From Lepidodermella squamata (taxonomy: Eukaryota > Animalia > Gastrotricha), in the NCBI GenBank assembly GCA_047495785.1, contig JBLDXI010000015.1, positions 4,278,001 to 4,342,000 of the forward strand: DNA of 64,000 nt, read 5' to 3'. Position 1 is the first letter of the stretch. Every line of letters starts with the position of its first letter. Both the position numbers and the translations under genes were made by a program. The notes under the pieces are model-generated. The model had not been told where the DNA came from. It ran no database searches and saw only the letters and a program-made list of their open reading frames with translations. Shown here piece after piece: positions 60,301 through 64,000 of this stretch.

Positions 60301-62560
60301 GTAGTAAGTGCATCGCCATAGGCGGAAATACGTCGATGTCATTAGGCAGCAAATTTTCGCATGTTTCCTCCAAATCAGTCTATCGTCTATCAACGAGGCA
60401 CCCACGAAACGGCCATCGGCAACGATGACGGCTTTGACGTATTCGACTTCCTTCTGAATCCGCAAAAGGACATCCGAATGCGCCAGCCGTTGGCTGTTAA
60501 ACAGACCAGGCAGTACGACCTTTTGGATAAAAATATAAAGACTGAACGATTTAAGAGATCTCACCACGAGATTATCCCAAAATATGATTATAAAGTTTTA
60601 ATACAACACGTTTTCCTTGGAATCTGACTTTTTTCGTTTACCTAATCGACCCTTGAACATAAATGCACACTACGATTAGTCCGATCAGTGCTCGAACAAG
60701 CCAAACGTACTTCATCATTACGTTTGGCTCCTTAAGGTACGAATGACGAATGAGTCATCAAAGTGGTTTTTTTTGGCGCGTCGCTAATGATCTTCTGACA
60801 ACTGTCAATCGTTGTCGATTTCACGCTTCAATATAACAAATCAGTGATCTTTCCGATCTCAGCAGCATTGGCAACCGAAATTGAACATTTTCTACACACC
60901 TGAGGATAGCTGAATATCCTATGAAAATAGGTTACTTTACTGCTGATCAACGAAGGAAAAAGTGGAAATCGGAAAAAAATCGCTCAAATTACAACTTAGC
61001 GCTGGAAACTCATTTTCGTCTTGCAGATATTCGGACCCAAACTTAATTTCGAACAAATGAAATGACCAAGTTACAAGTTACTATCGCAACTTGCAAAAGA
61101 TTTACTTAGAAGTTAGGAAGGTTTATATTGAAATAGACTGAAAGAATAAGGAAGAGGAAGATCAACCACGTGTGATCACAGCAATTTGGCGAGCACCTTG
61201 ATTCAATAATGTCGGGGTTCGAGTTAGTTCTCGTCGATATTATAATCGATATTATACTACAGGCGATCTGATCGAGATGTTTTGGAACGTACCTTTCAAA
61301 GACTCTTAATCGGAGCCCCTTGTCCCTGCAAAATCGAAAAGCTTGATGGAGTATGAACATATTCAAGTAGCGCTGAGAAAATTGAACAAGAAAGTGCATG
61401 AGTGTAATTTAGGTGAAAAGATTCACCTGTCTTTCGATTTTGGTCGCCATCAAAGTGACCTGATGTAGAATGTCATGTCTAACAACGATCACTCAACGGT
61501 TTTAGGGGCAGAGTGGCACTCGATGACAGAATACAGGATACAAACCTATCTTTGTTGTTGTTAAATGTCATGCTAAAAGTCTTCGTCCAGGCCTTGTCAA
61601 CGATGGTCATTCGCCACCCATCATTAATACTTATTTCCGGTTTCTCGGCTCAGTCATGAGTCAGATTAGACAGTGAACGAATCCAAACCTACAGAATTCT
61701 TCATGAACTGTTTGAAACTTCGCATGTTTGCATTTCGAAAAATGAAGATTTGACGAAGATCGCCACGGTTTCCAGGCGATGATTCATCGAAGATTTGCTG
61801 CAGCAATATTTTGTTACCATTCAATATTCTATTGATTGAATTGTTTTATTTTCACTTTTAAATCTTTAATATAGAATTAATTTATTTTCCTTGACGTTTT
61901 GGCCGCTAAGACGGGAAGAGCTCATCCGCCACCAAGCTCTGAAGTTCCAAAGCCCGGCGCGGGGCGAGACAGGCCGAAGTCACCTGTGATCTTTCGTCTT
62001 CCATGGGACACGGTAACTGCTGATGGAGCTATTTGATGTCTTTTGCAGTGGCAGTGACTTTTTGCGCCGAAATTGATGCCTTGTTAATGGTGTCGAAATA
62101 TATTCTTCGCGGCAAACATGGCCGACAGCTTCAGCTTTCGTTCAGTTTTCCTCTCCTCTAGCGGTCAGCGAAATTAGTGAAGAGCCGCGTGGAGGACTGA
62201 ACTTCACTCGTTTACTCGAGTGGTAACAGCAAGCACACAACGCGTTTTCGCCAAGCAATATTTTCCTTTAAAATGACCAGCCGAAATTGTCGCATTCGTT
62301 CTCCGTAATTAAAGTTATTCAGACTGAGCCTGAATACTAATTTTTGACATCAAGTTTTAGCGAAAGCTGATTTAGAAAATGCTTTTAAATGCAGAAAGTG
62401 TCCGGTATGCTAAAAATAACTGCTACGGTGGACCAGACTGAGACTAGGTTTGCTGGTGAGGTTTCTCTTCCTCTGTTCTCTTGTAAAGCAGCATGAGCTC
62501 CGTTTCTTTTCATTTCTCAGTTGATCGCATATTACGAATATTGTAATTTTTTATGTAGGG

Positions 62561-64000
62561 ATGTCAACTGTTAGAAAGAAATATCAAGATTTTCCTGGCA
62601 AAAATGACTTTTGCTGTGGTGGTCGTGTCATTATATCTAAGAGTCGCGGCGTTTTTTACCTCACACTTGGATTGATTGTTATCACCTCAGCTTTATTTTT
62701 TGCTTTCGAGTAAGTTGAGTTATAATTTATCTTTATTTTTCTAAAGCACTACATCGCAGCTGCCGATATCTTGCTGTCGAATTTTCGCCCTTGTTTCCCA
62801 TCGTTGGAGCAATTTTATTCCTTTTCGTGATATCAAATCTCCTTCGGACAAGTTTTATTGATCCTGGAATCGTTCCTAGAGCAAAGCCCAGTGAAGCTGA
62901 GTTCATTCAGAAGCAACTAGGTAAGTGTGTCTTACCTTCACATTATGAGAAACCAGTACCTTGCAACTCTAAGAAATAACTTCAATATTTATTTGATCGT
63001 TAGATGAAAATCAGGGAGTGGCAGGCCAAGCCATCAACCGGCCGCCTCGCACAAAGGAAATTTGTATTAACGGGCAGCTTGTTCGCGTGAAATACTGCTA
63101 CACATGTAAAATCTTCCGGCCACCTCGAGCGTCACATTGCGGTGGGTTTACATTGACTTTATGGCGCACTGTTTCTATGCTGATTCTATTTTGAAACAGG
63201 AGTGTGTGACAACTGCGTTGAACGTTTTGACCATCATTGCCCTTGGTTAGTTTCATTTTTCATTTGTTACAGGTTTTTATTATATGTATAATTATTATTG
63301 TTTAGGGTTGGAAACTGTGTTGGCAGGCGCAACTATCGTTATTTTTACTTATTCGTACTATCTTTGTCGGTGTATTGCCTTTTCGTGATGGGTTCATCTG
63401 TCACACATATTGCGCAAAGTAAGTCTTGTTTTCACGCACATCTTCAACATAAATCTTGGATTTTACTTGCAGGGGGAATGAAAATAGGCTTTCTTGAAAC
63501 AATCAAGTTGTCACCTACAAGCGTTGCTGTGATACTGATAGCATTCTTTTCTGTGTGGAGCGTTGTTGGCCTTGCTGGTTTTCATACTTTTCTTATCCTA
63601 AAAGAGCAAACAACGAACGAAGACGTGAGTTACTGATCGGGAGAGAGTTGTTATGTATATTCTTTTTTTTTGTTTAGATCAAAGGAACATTCAGTCAGGG
63701 CGCTAGCCAGGCGCCTCTCGTAAATGGTGCTGGTCAGCGGGTGGCGACTGTACCGCCCGATTTCAACCCTTATTCAAGATCAGGTTGTTGCGGAAACTGG
63801 ACTTACATTTTATGCGGCCCGTTTCCTCCTAGGTATTAGATTATTTCTCCCGTATTACATGAATTATCGTCTTTTATCACTTTAGTTTGATTGACCCACT
63901 CGGAATCGCGGTTGACACTGCGAATATGCAGCAATCTTCTGTGCCAACAGCTGTATTAGATCACAATACTCCTCTTACTAGCGCTGGTGCCGTCAACAAC
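62561..64000 (+). CDS. Palmitoyltransferase ZDHHC9/14/18 (Erf2/approximated) family, 3' end outside window
   Basis: [41 protein letters not shown]|..[14 protein letters not shown]|[18 protein letters not shown]|IKG and NPYS. Confidence 0.93.

Noticed and set aside
60160-60627. Overlapping 135-aa (-) and 88-aa (+) ORFs
   Set aside because: No recognisable motif; could be a UTR exon but cannot be supported.
61890-62230. GC-richer stretch upstream of ZDHHC as a structured ncRNA (RNase P/MRP, SL RNA)
   Set aside because: Conserved boxes or an Sm site were not identifiable by eye; it would need an Infernal search.

Overview
Gene-dense window from a compact animal genome. It has spliceosomal introns mostly of ~50-60 nt and carries cortactin plus motile-cilia genes; the species cannot be named from sequence alone. 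About 21 protein-coding genes are supported: CCDC146, INTU, a Nit-Fhit fusion, INTS6, AGL, a GH29 fucosidase, an ankyrin-repeat orphan, DZIP1-like, KANSL3, AK6, MAN1A-like, cortactin, MRPS31, a possible SNAPC5-like gene, SF3A3, GTF2H3, nocturnin, a PRD-class homeobox, an SSAT-like GNAT, an EVH1/CRIB-like gene and a ZDHHC9/14-like gene that runs off the end. Highlights: (1) runs of same-strand genes 72-160 bp apart, most with a branch/pyrimidine/AG acceptor just before the ATG, suggesting operons resolved by SL trans-splicing; (2) a 2.3-kb AGL intron holding an antisense Penelope-like 3' end with a minimal hammerhead core next to an unknown frameshifted repeat ORF; (3) a 5'-truncated LINE with an uninterrupted RT ORF, a 13-bp TSD and a structured, tail-less 3' end; (4) a plant/bacterial-type GH29 fucosidase (HGT candidate); (5) convergent genes whose stop codons interlock; (6) an 11-kb noncoding island containing a ~60-bp inverted repeat. 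All gene names come from recalled family motifs, not database searches.
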